Of a stretch of DNA of 64,000 nucleotides, positions 9,397 through 21,000 are shown one piece after another. The position numbers and the translations under genes were made by a program. The stretch is from Ascoidea asiatica JCM 7603. Its lineage: Eukaryota > Fungi > Ascomycota. Below the pieces are notes generated by a model. It made no database searches. It worked only from the letters and a program-made list of their open reading frames with translations, and had not been told where the DNA came from. The stretch's first letter is position 1. Each line of letters begins with the position of its first letter. The stretch lies in NCBI GenBank assembly GCA_001600695.1, contig BCKQ01000006.1, positions 17,258 through 81,257 on the forward strand, read 5' to 3'.

Positions 9397-11391
9397 TTAT
9401 AAAATTCTTTTAAATTCTTCTTTAATATATCTATTTAATATACCTGAAAGAAAAATAATAAGTAAACAAATTATTGATATTATAAATATCCTATCTTTAT
9501 TCTCATTAATATAACAAATAAATGAAGCCGACAAATTTGATGAAAATGCTAATATTGAAAATGAGTAAAAATTAAATGATAATAATATACAACTTCCAAT
9601 TGTTAATAAAATTTGAAATATTATACAAGTAATTTTTAAAATTTCAATATTTCTAATATTTTTAGTATTTTGAATATTTTGAATATTTTGAAAGGAACTA
9701 TACCAATAGAAAAATGGTATTATTATACAAATTCCTAAAAAGATAAAAATCATTAAAGATGATAAAAGTAATATCCAACCTTTTTTTTTTTTTTTTTCAG
9801 TAAATGTTTTCTTGGAATCTAATTCAATCATATTTGGATCTTCAATTCCTCCAAATTGTTTTATATATTCATCTTTAATTTCATCAGGGATTTTAAAATA
9901 TTCAATTTTTGACCAAGAAAAAATATTATTACAATTAATACAACAAATTTTATTTGAATTTAATTCATTATTATCATTCTCATTATCATTATCATATCTT
10001 CTAATAAATTGAGAACAATTTGGACAAATTTTACAATTTAAATGATTAAATCTTAACCATTGTAAAAATTTTAATGAATTACTTGTACAACATTTTTTAT
10101 TAAATTCATTTTCTTTATTTGATAATTCTGAACATTTATAACAAAATTGATGATTATTAAAACATTTAACAATAAATTTATTTTCTTTATTTTCAATAAT
10201 ATAATTATTTAAATTTTTAAAAAAATCTTTTTCATCTTGATTAATAATTAAATAAAAATTATAAAATTTTATAAAATTATTACAATTTGGAAATTTACAT
10301 GAAATTATATCAATATATTTAAAAGATATATAATAATCAATTAATTTTTTATTATATTCTTTATCAATAATTTTTTTTAAAATATTATTAATCTTATTTA
10401 AATGATTTTTAAATAATTTTATAGATTGATTTTTATTAAATCTTAATTTACAATTTGAATTAATACACTTTAAATTTTTTATTGGATCTAAATTATATTT
10501 AAATAAATGAATAATTCTATTTTCATAACATTTATAACAATATTTATGATTACAATTTAAAGAAATTAAATCAATTGAATTATTATATTTTATAAAACAA
10601 TTACCACATTCATTATTATTAATTAATGAAATTTTATTCTCTTTTGAAAAATTTGGAATTATACCATTTTCAATAAAAAATAAATTATGATTAATTAAAT
10701 TATTATTTAAATTTATAATTTTATTTATAATTTGAGATTGATTAAATTGTAAACTAATTAATAATAATTCAATTTGATCAACATTATTAATATTTAATCT
10801 TTTACTTAAAATTTGAATTTCATTTGAAATTTCTAATAATATATCATTTTTATTTAAAACTCTAAATTTTGGAATTAATTTGTCTTTAATTATATTATTA
10901 TCGGTGTATTGATTATCATTGATAGATAATCTTTTCAATGATAAATTTGAAGAAGAAGAATGAAATAAATTTTCATTTTCATTTTCATTTTCATTTTCAT
11001 TTTTATTTGGACTTAGATTATAATTATAATTAAATGGATTTTTATAAATTTTATTTAAAGATAAAGATAATTCACTTGTTATTGATAAATTACTTGAATT
11101 ATAATTTGAATCATTAGAATAAGTAAATTTACCAGTTGGAGTTTCAGATATTAAATTATTAAAATTATTATTAAAATTATTATTAATATTATTATTAATA
11201 TTATTATTAATATTATTAGTATTTAAATATTCATGAGCAGATTGAAAATTTGAAATAGTTTTTGAAGAATTAGTTTCTAAAGATAAAGAATTAATTGGTG
11301 AATTAATTGGTGAATTAATTGATGAATTGATTGAATTTTTCTCAATTCTTTCACTTGATTTATTAATTGTATTATTATTAATTAAATTCAT
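9397..11391 (-). CDS. Ariadne-like RBR E3-ligase homolog with degenerate RING2 and a C-terminal multi-pass membrane region
   Basis: UBA-like segment (ILLEISNEIQILSKRLNI...IELLLISLQFN), RING1 (CGNC...CNHKYCYKC...KCINSNC), IBR (CKFPNC...KCFNNHQFCYKC), RING2 remnant (CPNC...KICCINCNNIFSW), then 3-4 hydrophobic helices. Confidence 0.8.
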   Translation of the reverse strand: MNLINNNTINKSSERIEKNSINSSINSPINSPINSLSLETNSSKTISNFQSAHEYLNTNNINNNINNNINNNFNNNFNNLISETPTGKFTYSNDSNYNSSNLSITSELSLSLNKIYKNPFNYNYNLSPNKNENENENENENLFHSSSSNLSLKRLSINDNQYTDNNIIKDKLIPKFRVLNKNDILLEISNEIQILSKRLNINNVDQIELLLISLQFNQSQIINKIINLNNNLINHNLFFIENGIIPNFSKENKISLINNNECGNCFIKYNNSIDLISLNCNHKYCYKCYENRIIHLFKYNLDPIKNLKCINSNCKLRFNKNQSIKLFKNHLNKINNILKKIIDKEYNKKLIDYYISFKYIDIISCKFPNCNNFIKFYNFYLIINQDEKDFFKNLNNYIIENKENKFIVKCFNNHQFCYKCSELSNKENEFNKKCCTSNSLKFLQWLRFNHLNCKICPNCSQFIRRYDNDNENDNNELNSNKICCINCNNIFSWSKIEYFKIPDEIKDEYIKQFGGIEDPNMIELDSKKTFTEKKKKKGWILLLSSLMIFIFLGICIIIPFFYWYSSFQNIQNIQNTKNIRNIEILKITCIIFQILLTIGSCILLSFNFYSFSILAFSSNLSASFICYINENKDRIFIISIICLLIIFLSGILNRYIKEEFKRIL

Positions 11392-12544
11392 TTATATAAA
11401 TGTAGTGTATAATATGATGGGAACATTACTTTATATCATAAAAGGAAAATCTCTAATATTTATAAGAGTGTAAGTTTATTTAGTAATTTAAGTGATTTGA
11501 ATAATTTAAGACTAGAATTAAAAATGAAATTATAATTGTATTATTTATCCATTGATTGAAACTTTAGGGTATTGAAAAGAATAGAAATTACTAAACTATT
11601 CCATAATTTTTACTGGGAACCGTTAATCATTAACTTCAACAATACAAAATGAAATCAAAAAATAAATCAACAATTGCTTCATCCATGGCTTTAGAAGAGA
11701 CTTCAGAGATGACTCCACTAAAAAAAAAAATAAAGGCTCTGAAAAAGGCAGAAGTTGAAGGAAATCATGGAATTAATTCAAAATAAAGCCAATGCCACAA
11801 AGAAACGATCCTTGAAATTAGCACATAAACAAAATCACAAGAAAAAACAGCAGAAGCATCATCTTTCAACTATCATCTGATCATCTTCTGATCATTTGAC
11901 CTTCTCTTATTTTCTTCTCTTGACTTCTTCTGTTGATGTCTGTGTCAGTGAATAAACCACTCCATCTTCACCTTCTCTTCTCCTGGTGAGTTGCAGGTCT
12001 TTCAAACAAAACTGAATGACAGCATTTCTTATCTCAATATTAGTTCGAGGTACCATTCCATTATAAAATTCAATCAACCTGCAATTGAAACAACTTGCTC
12101 TTCTTCAATCCATTGATGGCAAGAAAGAAAATAGACTTGGTAAAATTAAGCGCCGTAAACAATAAATTATTCTCAATTCTCTCTTCTTTGTTTATATTCT
12201 GTTTCTTCTCTTTCTTCTTCTTCTTCTTCAGAATATTTTCGTTTCTTTGTTCTTTGTTCTTTGTTTATTGCGCAGTCACCTGACTGGACCGAGACCACCT
12301 TTACGGCACTCGGAACACCAAATTAATAAAATATGTTGAATTTCAACCTTTTTTAAATTGACCTTCTTTTTATTATTCAAATGATTTGAATCCTTAGACT
12401 ATTTTTATATAATTTGTCTTAGAGATATTATATTAAATGTTACAAAATGGGCTACATCAAATAAATGTTCAACTACAGATGTAATTATGTTTAATGGTTG
12501 TTTGGGTAATTAAGTTTCTTCTGAAGTAGTTCATATCTAAATTT

Positions 12545-13330
12545 TTATTTTAAAATATATTTCACTTGATTTTCTTTTATAACTACTTCATATCCTTTTT
12601 TCTTACATCTTAAATACCAATCAATATCAACATATTTTGAGTTTGAAGAAATTGCAATTGCTTCAATATTATCTGAAAATTTTTTTATATTTTCTAAAGC
12701 AAAATTACTTCTAAGATCCAAATATTCTAAACTTTTAAAATCTTTCATAAAAATTAGTATTAAAATAATTTGATTATTATAAAAATATATTTTTGTTAAA
12801 TTTGATAATGGATTACAAATTTTTTTTAAAAAATTTAAATTATAAATGTTATTAAATTCAAAATTAATTTCTTTTAAATTATTTAAATTTTTAAAACAAT
12901 TATTATTTATTTATAAAATTATTGAAATTTTTTATTTCTTTAGTTTTAATTTCATTTGAATAAAGATTTTTTGAATTTTTTGATGAATTTAATCCATATA
13001 TAAATTTAATTTAATTTGATCTTAAATCTGAAATTTCACGATTAATTAAATTAATTAATCATAATAAAGATTCATTATTTACATTTAAAAGTATCATTAA
13101 GATATAAAATTGATTTAAATTTTAATTAATTCATAATTGTTTGAAATGTAATTTTGGAATATAATTTTGAATTTAAACGTATTTAAAACAATATAAAAAC
13201 ATTTAAAATTATGAGAAAGTAATAAAAATCACTGATTCTTTTGAGATAAGATTCAATAACATCATTTTGGTTAAAAGAATTGATATTATCAGTCTCATTG
13301 CTTATTATTAATAATTATTTTCTTTTCATT
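12545..13330 (-). pseudogene. Degraded leucine-rich-repeat (SDS22-like LRR) gene
   Basis: Minus-strand frames give DLRSN*IKFIYGL, NLYSNEIK, FKNLNNLKEINFEFNNI, LSNLTKIYFYNNQI and FKSLEYLDLRSN (LxxLxLxxNxI repeats), broken by stops and a frameshift. The 5' limit is approximate. Confidence 0.7.
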
Positions 13331-13678
13331 CATTGATTGATGAATTGATTTATTTGATGAGTTGTAATAAAGAATGAATTGATGTTTATTTTTATATTTG
13401 CTTTTATTTGCCCCTTTTTGTTATAAACAAAGAAGTTCAAATTGAAAAAATGAGACTAGAACCGGGGTACATTTTAAAGGCCATAATAATGGTCTTTCAT
13501 ATGTCAGGTGATCTTCTTTTCTTTTTGCGGTTTTCCAATTTATTTCAATTTATCAACAGATTAATAAAGAAGTAAATAATAGAGAAATGAATAAATGAAT
13601 TAATGATTATAAAGCACTACAGAAATTATAAAAGTATAAAAAGTATAAAGAAAATGAAGATAATGGAGATAAAGGGGA

Positions 13679-14770
13679 TTATTTCCAGACATTTTTGAAT
13701 AGATCATCATCTAATAAGCTTGAATTATTACTATTATTATTATTATATTGAGATTGAGATTGAGATTGATTTGAAGTAGTTGAGAAGTTATTATAACTAG
13801 TATTAGTATTTGTATTAGTATTTGGAATAATAGGAATAGTATTATTAATTGATTGAAAAGAATTAATTGATTGATTTGATTGAGTTAAACGATTTGGAGA
13901 TAATGGAGAAGAATATAAAGATAATATTGATTTTTTTAAATCTGGTCTTGAATTATTATTATTATTTGAAGATAATGAAGGTGTTGAATGTGAATTTAAA
14001 TTACCTATGTTATTATTAATATTATTGTTGGTGGTAGCGTTTGTTGAATTGTTTAAGAAAGATAAATCAAGTAAACTATTTGAATTTGAACTTTTATTTG
14101 AATTATTAGTTGAACTTATAATAGATCCAGGATTTGAATTATTTGAATTACCTGATGTATTTGAAGTATTTGAAGTACTAGAAGTATTAATGGATGTATT
14201 ATTTTGTAAGTTGTTATTTTCATTATTAATTTGATTTTGTTTATCATTGTTGTTATCCTCATCATCATCATCATCATCGAATTTAATTGTTAAAGGATCA
14301 ATAATTTTTTTAGATAAAACCCATTTTTTTAAATCATATTTAGTTTTTATAAAATTTTGAATTTTATTTTCATCAGGAGTATAAGATTTATTTGGTAAAT
14401 TATATTCCCAATAATAATTTGCATATTTATTTGATTTCCATTTTATCATATTATTAATTTGTTCATCATTCCAAGAATCTAAATCAATACTTTTAACTTT
14501 TGAAATATGTGTACCTAAAGATCTATGTATTCCAGAACATCTTATACAAATAAAAATTCCAAGATTCCAAGAAGCCCAACGTGGATGATTTTTTTTTTTA
14601 CAATCTGCACAAATTTTATTTGATTGATCTTTTAATAAATTTTTTAAAATTTGTTGATTTTTTTTAAAATTATTTTGTTTTTGTTGTTTTATTGAATTTG
14701 AATTTGTATTATTATTACTTGTATTACTTGTAGATTGTGAGGATGAATAACTATTATATCTATTATACAT
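13679..14770 (-). CDS. AGE2: ArfGAP (Age2/SMAP-type)
   Basis: CADCK..HPRWASWNLGIFICIRCSGIHRSLGTHISKVKSIDLDSW zinc finger; C-terminal RPDLKKSILSLYS and DDLFKNVW motifs. Confidence 0.9.
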   Translation of the reverse strand: MYNRYNSYSSSQSTSNTSNNNTNSNSIKQQKQNNFKKNQQILKNLLKDQSNKICADCKKKNHPRWASWNLGIFICIRCSGIHRSLGTHISKVKSIDLDSWNDEQINNMIKWKSNKYANYYWEYNLPNKSYTPDENKIQNFIKTKYDLKKWVLSKKIIDPLTIKFDDDDDDEDNNNDKQNQINNENNNLQNNTSINTSSTSNTSNTSGNSNNSNPGSIISSTNNSNKSSNSNSLLDLSFLNNSTNATTNNNINNNIGNLNSHSTPSLSSNNNNNSRPDLKKSILSLYSSPLSPNRLTQSNQSINSFQSINNTIPIIPNTNTNTNTSYNNFSTTSNQSQSQSQYNNNNSNNSSLLDDDLFKNVWK

Positions 14771-15277
14771 CTTTATAGCTATGAATTATATATATATATG
14801 TATATATATATATGTATCTATTAATGAAATTGAATGAATATGTCTAGCAAATGATTGTATCTAGTTGTATCTGATTGTATTATCTTGTCTTGAATTGTAC
14901 AATTGAACAGAACAACACTGAAATATTTCTTCTTCTTTTCTTTTGTAGCAGACTCAAAGTCAAACGTCAACAAATTCAAATTCAAAATCAGAGTGAACGA
15001 AAACAAAAACCCAGCACTGTGGGTTCAAAGTCACCTACGGAAACAATCCGTGGTGACTACGGATATCAGATCCAATCTCATAAGCGTATCCCGTGACTTT
15101 CCAAACCAGAGAATCACAAAAAAGCATTAAGCAAACAACAGGCAATGAAAACTATGAGCTACAAACTATGAACTACAAACTCTGTAATTTGAACTTTGTA
15201 ATATGTAGTAATAAACAATATGTAATAAACAATGTGAGCTATGTAATAAGTAATAAGTGATAAGTAGTAGAGGCAAC

Positions 15278-16015
15278 TTACTCAACATCTTGTAAATTGA
15301 TTAATGGCTTTTTATTACCAACTTTCTTTTTTTTATCTTTGAAATTTAAATTTTTTTCATCATCACTTGGTGGTAATTCATTATCTAAATTAATTTCTTG
15401 TAAATTTTTATCAATTTCATCTTCAATTTTAATTTTATTATTAATTTTATTATTATCTAAGATTTTAATTGATGAATCTTTTGATAATTCATCATCATTT
15501 TCTAAATCATTACTATCTAAATCATTATTATCACTATTATCTATAATTTTTTTTTTATCTTTTGGTTGTAATGAATGTGGTTTTAAAATTTCAAGTTTTT
15601 CAATTTTTTCTGCATTTTGAATAAATTTATTATCATTAATAATATCTTCATTATTATCAATTTCTTCAGAAATTGAATTTTTTCTATTTTTATTATTTTT
15701 CTTCTTATTCTCATTTTTTATTTTCTTAATATTATTTATTTCATCTTCAATTTCAATATCATTTACAACATCTTTACCAATATCATGATTTGTATTTTTA
15801 ATAAATTCATCTGGATTTATAATATTTAATTTAGATATTTTTTCATCTTTTTTTGTAAAAAATAAAACTAAATATGTTACTGTTGCTAAAGCTAAGAAAT
15901 AAAAAAATAATTTACGTGCTTTATATTTATTTATACCATTTGATGATCTTGGTGTCATTTTATATGGTGATGGTCTTGGTAACATTGACCCATTTGACCT
16001 ATTCAACATCGGCAT
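15278..16015 (-). CDS. Hypothetical type II membrane protein
   Basis: 245-aa ATG ORF with genome-typical codon use, one N-terminal hydrophobic helix (LFFYFLALATVTYLVLFF) and a charged low-complexity tail. Confidence 0.7.
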   Translation of the reverse strand: MPMLNRSNGSMLPRPSPYKMTPRSSNGINKYKARKLFFYFLALATVTYLVLFFTKKDEKISKLNIINPDEFIKNTNHDIGKDVVNDIEIEDEINNIKKIKNENKKKNNKNRKNSISEEIDNNEDIINDNKFIQNAEKIEKLEILKPHSLQPKDKKKIIDNSDNNDLDSNDLENDDELSKDSSIKILDNNKINNKIKIEDEIDKNLQEINLDNELPPSDDEKNLNFKDKKKKVGNKKPLINLQDVE

Positions 16016-16434
16016 TTTAAATTATCTTATTCTTATTTACTATCTATTGTAATTATATTATATCAATTGAATATTAAATTATATTATATTATATTATTTA
16101 TTCATATTCAACTTCCTTCTTCAATTTAACAAGGAACAACAACGTCAATTTTAAAGCCAAGCTAAAATTCCTTTGAAGTCGTTTAAATTATGGAGTATGT
16201 CACATGATCTAGTCTAAATAAATACGAGATTTAAACTAGCCACATTACTCACCAGCCTTGATAACAAGGTATTTCCTTTTTAGTAATTGAATAAAGAAAA
16301 GTAAAGATTTGAATATTTCCATAAAATTCATAATTGTCAATTGATTAAAAGAAGTAAAAGAAAACTAAAAAGTATATAGATATAATTATATATATAGAAG
16401 TAGATGTAGATGTAGATATATAACTGAAGATATA

Positions 16435-17385
16435 TTAGAGTAATAGATTCATTTCTTCATAGATAAATTGTTCAAAATTAAAAGTTGCAGTACCATTATT
16501 ATCTGGATCATATTTATTAAATAAATTTTTAAATCTTAATAACCATATTAAACTTTCAATAAAATTATTAAATTTTAAACTAAGTTCTGTATTTGGTATA
16601 TTATATTGTTGATACTGTTGTTGTTGATTATATTGTTGATTATATTGTTGTGGAAATTGATTAAAAGAATTTGGTGATACATTTTTTTTAGCAAATTTAT
16701 TAAAAATAAATTTAGAAATATTATTTGATAAATTAAAATTAAAAACTTTTAAAGTTTCAATATATTCAAAATAATTTATTGTACCTGAATTATCTTTATC
16801 CATATTATTGAAAGAAATTCTCCAATAATCTAAATATTGATTTAAGAAAAAAAATTCTTTAAAATTTAAATTATTTGAATTATTTTTATCAAATAATTTT
16901 ACCATTAATCTAATTGTACTTGAATCAAATTTTGAACCATCTGGATTTAAAATTGATTCATATAATTCTCTTTTCGATAATGTTCCAGATCTATCAATAT
17001 CAATATTATTGAAAATTTGTAATAATCTATTATGATCTTGTTGTAATTGATTAGAATTTGAATTTGGTAATGATATTGATGCTAATATTGTTGGTGGTCT
17101 TTGTTTATAAATTGGTAAATTTGATTGTGATTGAGATGTATATTGTGGTTGCATAAATGATGGGTTATTATTATATTGTTGTTGATTATCATTATAAATT
17201 TGTTGATTATCATTATATGATGATTGTTGAGAATTATAAGATTGTTGTGTATATTGAGGTTGAATATAAGAAGCTCGTTGATTATTCATCTGTTGTTGCT
17301 GTTGTTGTTGTTGCTGTTGTTGCTGTTGTTGGGATGGATTATATTGGTCTGGTGGAGGCCTTCTTCTACTATTACCTCTAAACAT
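16435..17385 (-). CDS. PEF1: Penta-EF-hand calcium-binding protein (peflin/ALG-2 family)
   Basis: Q/P-rich N-terminus; EF-hands DIDRSGTLSKREL, DKNNSNNLNFKEF, DKDNSGTINYFE and DPDNNGTATFNFEQF. Confidence 0.9.
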   Translation of the reverse strand: MFRGNSRRRPPPDQYNPSQQQQQQQQQQQQQQMNNQRASYIQPQYTQQSYNSQQSSYNDNQQIYNDNQQQYNNNPSFMQPQYTSQSQSNLPIYKQRPPTILASISLPNSNSNQLQQDHNRLLQIFNNIDIDRSGTLSKRELYESILNPDGSKFDSSTIRLMVKLFDKNNSNNLNFKEFFFLNQYLDYWRISFNNMDKDNSGTINYFEYIETLKVFNFNLSNNISKFIFNKFAKKNVSPNSFNQFPQQYNQQYNQQQQYQQYNIPNTELSLKFNNFIESLIWLLRFKNLFNKYDPDNNGTATFNFEQFIYEEMNLLL

Positions 17386-18291
17386 ATTAACGATTGATAA
17401 TTTGAATCTAAATATATATTTATCTATCTACCTAAATATGAGAAACCCTTTGATTCTTATAATATTTATATCACTTGAAATAATTAGGATACTTGAGATT
17501 GAAATCAAAATAATAATGAGCCTTGTTTAAATAAAGTAAAAGCCAATAATTGAAATAGAAATATACGTGAATACTTCTTCTTGTAAAATGAGACTAAATA
17601 TTATATCAGATGAATGATTATATCTTGTTTATTGTTTATCTTCTTCCGATTAGTTTATATATTTACAATCACCATTACAATCACTTTTCTTCTTCTTCTT
17701 TCATCTTTCATCTTGTCCTTTCCTTTCCTTTCTTTTCGTAGAGTGCTCCTTCAACGCAGAATCATCGCAAATTCATCGCTGCAAAAACTCCAAAAACTGC
17801 CAAGAATCAGTTTCTCCCACAAAAGTCATTTCTACCCGCAGCCACAACAAAGCCCTGAAAGTGGCGCTGTTTTGGTCTGTTTTTGGTCTGTTTTCTTTCT
17901 TGGGCCAGCCGCGTGTTTCCACTCATAAGTGCATTGCAGTTTAAGGCCTTTTTCTGCTTCCGATGTCACTTCCAACTACTTCATCGGGACGAGTGTGGCT
18001 TAGCATTTATTTGAAGAGCCCTTGAAAGCCCTAGAATAAGTTTGTTTTTACATTTTCACAGGGAACTTTCACACAAATAATTAATTGTGTAATATTATTA
18101 TACTTAAACATCTTATAAACTACAAGTTAACCATGCCTATGTCACGTTTTCAATTTTTCAAAATAAATTTTTCATCAATTTTCACAGTGTTTGAATTTGA
18201 CCTGTTTGCAGTATAAAAACGAGTTTCATTCATCTTCTTTATTTGTTTTATTAACTTTTTTTTCTCTCTTCTTCTTTTAATCATTAATAAA

Positions 18292-18763
18292 GTGTCTGTG
18301 TCTGAAAGAATTGTATCAACGAAGCTTACAAAAAGGTGATTTTTATGTTTTTTAAAATAAATTAATCATTATTTACTCGCTTTGGGGAAAGTCTCCGGTC
18401 GCTAAAGTGGAAACACAATGGATTTCAATTATAATCAAAAGATTCATTAATTTCATTTTTTTTTTTAAAAAAAATTAAATAATTTTTCAATTACTCCTCT
18501 TGAGTTCATTTTAATTTATTAATTTGATGATTAATTATTTAATATTATGAAATATTTCCTTTATAATTTTATTTTATTATTATTCATAAAGTGATATTCG
18601 ACAATGGAAAAAATTTTAAATTTGCATAAAATTTAAAATAATTCTAAACCATAGTAATTACAATTGTGATATTTTCAAATTTCAATCTAAATTTTAATTA
18701 ATTTATTTTTTTATTTGTTAATATTATAACTCAATGGAGCTTACTATTTTTAGGCATGGATGC
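18292..18763 (+). ncRNA. NME1: RNase MRP RNA
   Basis: Conserved blocks as recalled from yeast NME1: CGAAGCTTACAAAA (about 18320), CR-I GAAAGTCTCC (18387-18396), CTAAACCATAGT (about 18644-18655) and CR-V AATGGAGCTTAC (18733-18744). The ends GTGTCTGTGTCTGAAAG and TTTTTAGGCATGGATGC pair as P1 with G-U pairs. TATAAAA lies about 80 bp upstream. Confidence 0.93.
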
Positions 18764-19320
18764 TTTTTTAATCTTTTAATTTTAATAACTTGTTTCTTAT
18801 GTTTTATTTATTTTTTAACATGAAGAATATTGTATTGTCAAATTTACCAAGTTAATTTGTTTATTTATTAATTTTAATTTTTAAATTTTCTTATAAATGA
18901 TGAGATAAAAAGCAACAAGAGTCAAGCTCTGAATTAAAATAATAAGGACGAGAATTGCATTTAAATCTGATATAAGGAGATTTAAATATATAATTATTAT
19001 TCTATTCATTTTTTCATTATTGAATTGTATTCTTTCCAATAATATCCTCTTCTCTTTTATTCTCTTATTTATTTATATATTGTATAATAAACATAACTGA
19101 TTATCGCTCTTTATCATCTAATATATCTTCTATTAAGAATCATATTCAAGTAATCTGTAATTCCATTAAATAATCAAATATCGAGTATTCTATTTTATTG
19201 GTAATTGATTAATAAAAGATAGAGACTCAAGAACAGCTGAACAAGAAGCAAGAACCGAGAAACGTAGCATTAAACAACTCTGCAAGACAAATTCATAGTA
19301 AAACTCGGACAATCAGACAG

Positions 19321-19361
19321 ACGCGTAATGTGCAAGTTTATTCATTTCAAAAGTAACGCGT
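19321..19361 (+). promoter_or_regulatory. Two MCB elements (ACGCGT) upstream of RAD27
   Basis: ACGCGT at 19321-19326 and 19356-19361, about 210-250 bp upstream of a DNA-replication gene (MBF G1/S regulon). Confidence 0.8.
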
Positions 19362-19569
19362 AACTGAGAAATTTATTGTTTTATTGATTTAATAAATTTT
19401 ATTGAAAATTTCGAAATTAGAATTGGAATTTGAAATTGAAATTGAAATTTATTTAAATAGATTCGATTTTATTTAATATTCTTTTTAATCTTGATATTCA
19501 TATTGAATATATATCTAAATACTTATTATCATAAGAATAAGAATAATATCAGTAATAATATAATCAAAA

Positions 19570-20760
19570 ATGGGTATTAAAGGTTTAAATAGATTAATTG
19601 CAGATGTTGCTCCAGAAGCAATAAAAAATGTTGAAATGAAATCTTTTTTTGGTAGAAAAATTGCAATTGATGCTTCCATGTGTCTTTATCAATATCTCAT
19701 ATCTGTTAGACAAAGTAATGGTGATCAATTAATGAATGAAGATGGTGAAACAACTTCTCATTTATCTGGATTTTTTTATAGAACTATAAGAATGATTGAT
19801 AATGGTATAAAACCAATTTATGTATTTGATGGTAAACCACCAACTTTAAAAAATAATGAATTAATTAAAAGAAGTGAAAAAAGAAATTTGGCAATTGAAA
19901 AAGGTGAAGAAATTAAAGAAACTGGAACAATTGAAGAAAAATTAAAATATGAAAAAAGAACTGTTAAAGCTTCTTTATCACATAATGATGAAGTTAAAAA
20001 ATTATTAAAATTAATGGGTATTCCAATTGTTGAAGCTCCTTGTGAAGCTGAAGCTCAATGTGCTTATCTAGCTAAATCTGGTAAAGCTTTTGCTGCTGCA
20101 AGTGAAGATATGGATACTTTATGTTATGAACCTGATTTTTTATTAAGACATTTAACATTTTCAGAAGCAAGAAAAATTCCAATTGATCAAGTTAGTGCAA
20201 AAGATGTTATTAATGGTTTTGATTTATCAAAACAAAGTTTTATAGATTTATGTATATTAATGGGTTGTGATTATTGTGAAACAATAAAAGGTATAGGTCC
20301 AGTAACTGCTTATAAATTAATTAAAACTCATAAATCTTTAGAAAATATTATAGAATATATTAAAAAAGATTCAAAATTATCTTCAAAATATATAATTCCA
20401 GAAAATTGGCCTTTTGCAGAAGCAAGAGAATTATTTTTAAATCCAGAAATCAAAGATCCAAATGAAATTGAATTAAAATGGGAAGAACCAAATATTGATG
20501 GTTTAATTCAATATATGTGTAATGAAAAAGGTTTTGGTGAAGAAAGAATTAAAAATGGTGCTTTAAAATTAAAAAAAGCTTTAAAAACTGGTACTCAAGG
20601 TAGATTGGATAGTTTTTTTAAAGTTGTACCAAAATCAAATGATCAAAAATTAGCAATTAGAGATAAAAAAAGAAAAGCAAATAAATTACAAAAAGATAAA
20701 GCGAAAAAATCAAAAACAAGTTTTAAAAAAAATCGTAAATATACTTCATCATTACAGTAG
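19570..20760 (+). CDS. RAD27: Flap endonuclease 1
   Basis: MGIKGL...[43 protein letters not shown] and the PIP box QGRLDSFF. Confidence 0.98.
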   Translation: MGIKGLNRLIADVAPEAIKNVEMKSFFGRKIAIDASMCLYQYLISVRQSNGDQLMNEDGETTSHLSGFFYRTIRMIDNGIKPIYVFDGKPPTLKNNELIKRSEKRNLAIEKGEEIKETGTIEEKLKYEKRTVKASLSHNDEVKKLLKLMGIPIVEAPCEAEAQCAYLAKSGKAFAAASEDMDTLCYEPDFLLRHLTFSEARKIPIDQVSAKDVINGFDLSKQSFIDLCILMGCDYCETIKGIGPVTAYKLIKTHKSLENIIEYIKKDSKLSSKYIIPENWPFAEARELFLNPEIKDPNEIELKWEEPNIDGLIQYMCNEKGFGEERIKNGALKLKKALKTGTQGRLDSFFKVVPKSNDQKLAIRDKKRKANKLQKDKAKKSKTSFKKNRKYTSSLQ

Positions 20761-21000
20761 TATTTTTACTGAAAAGTATTCTTACTGAAAACTTTTAATT
20801 TCAATCATATTTTTTTTAGTCTCATATTTTTTTTTTTTTTTTCATTACATGTATCATATATCATAGTTTTATAAAGAAAAAGTTTCATAATATTCATTAA
20901 TTATTTAAAAAAATGATGAGTAGAAGTTAAGAAAGAAAAACATGGTAAACAAGAAGAAAATAAAAAGAGATCAAAAAATAAAATTTCAGTAATTTAATTA

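Noticed and set aside
700-9400. LTR retrotransposon associated with the tRNA-iMet genes
   Set aside because: No TG...CA LTR pair, gag/pol motifs or target-site duplication could be recognised.
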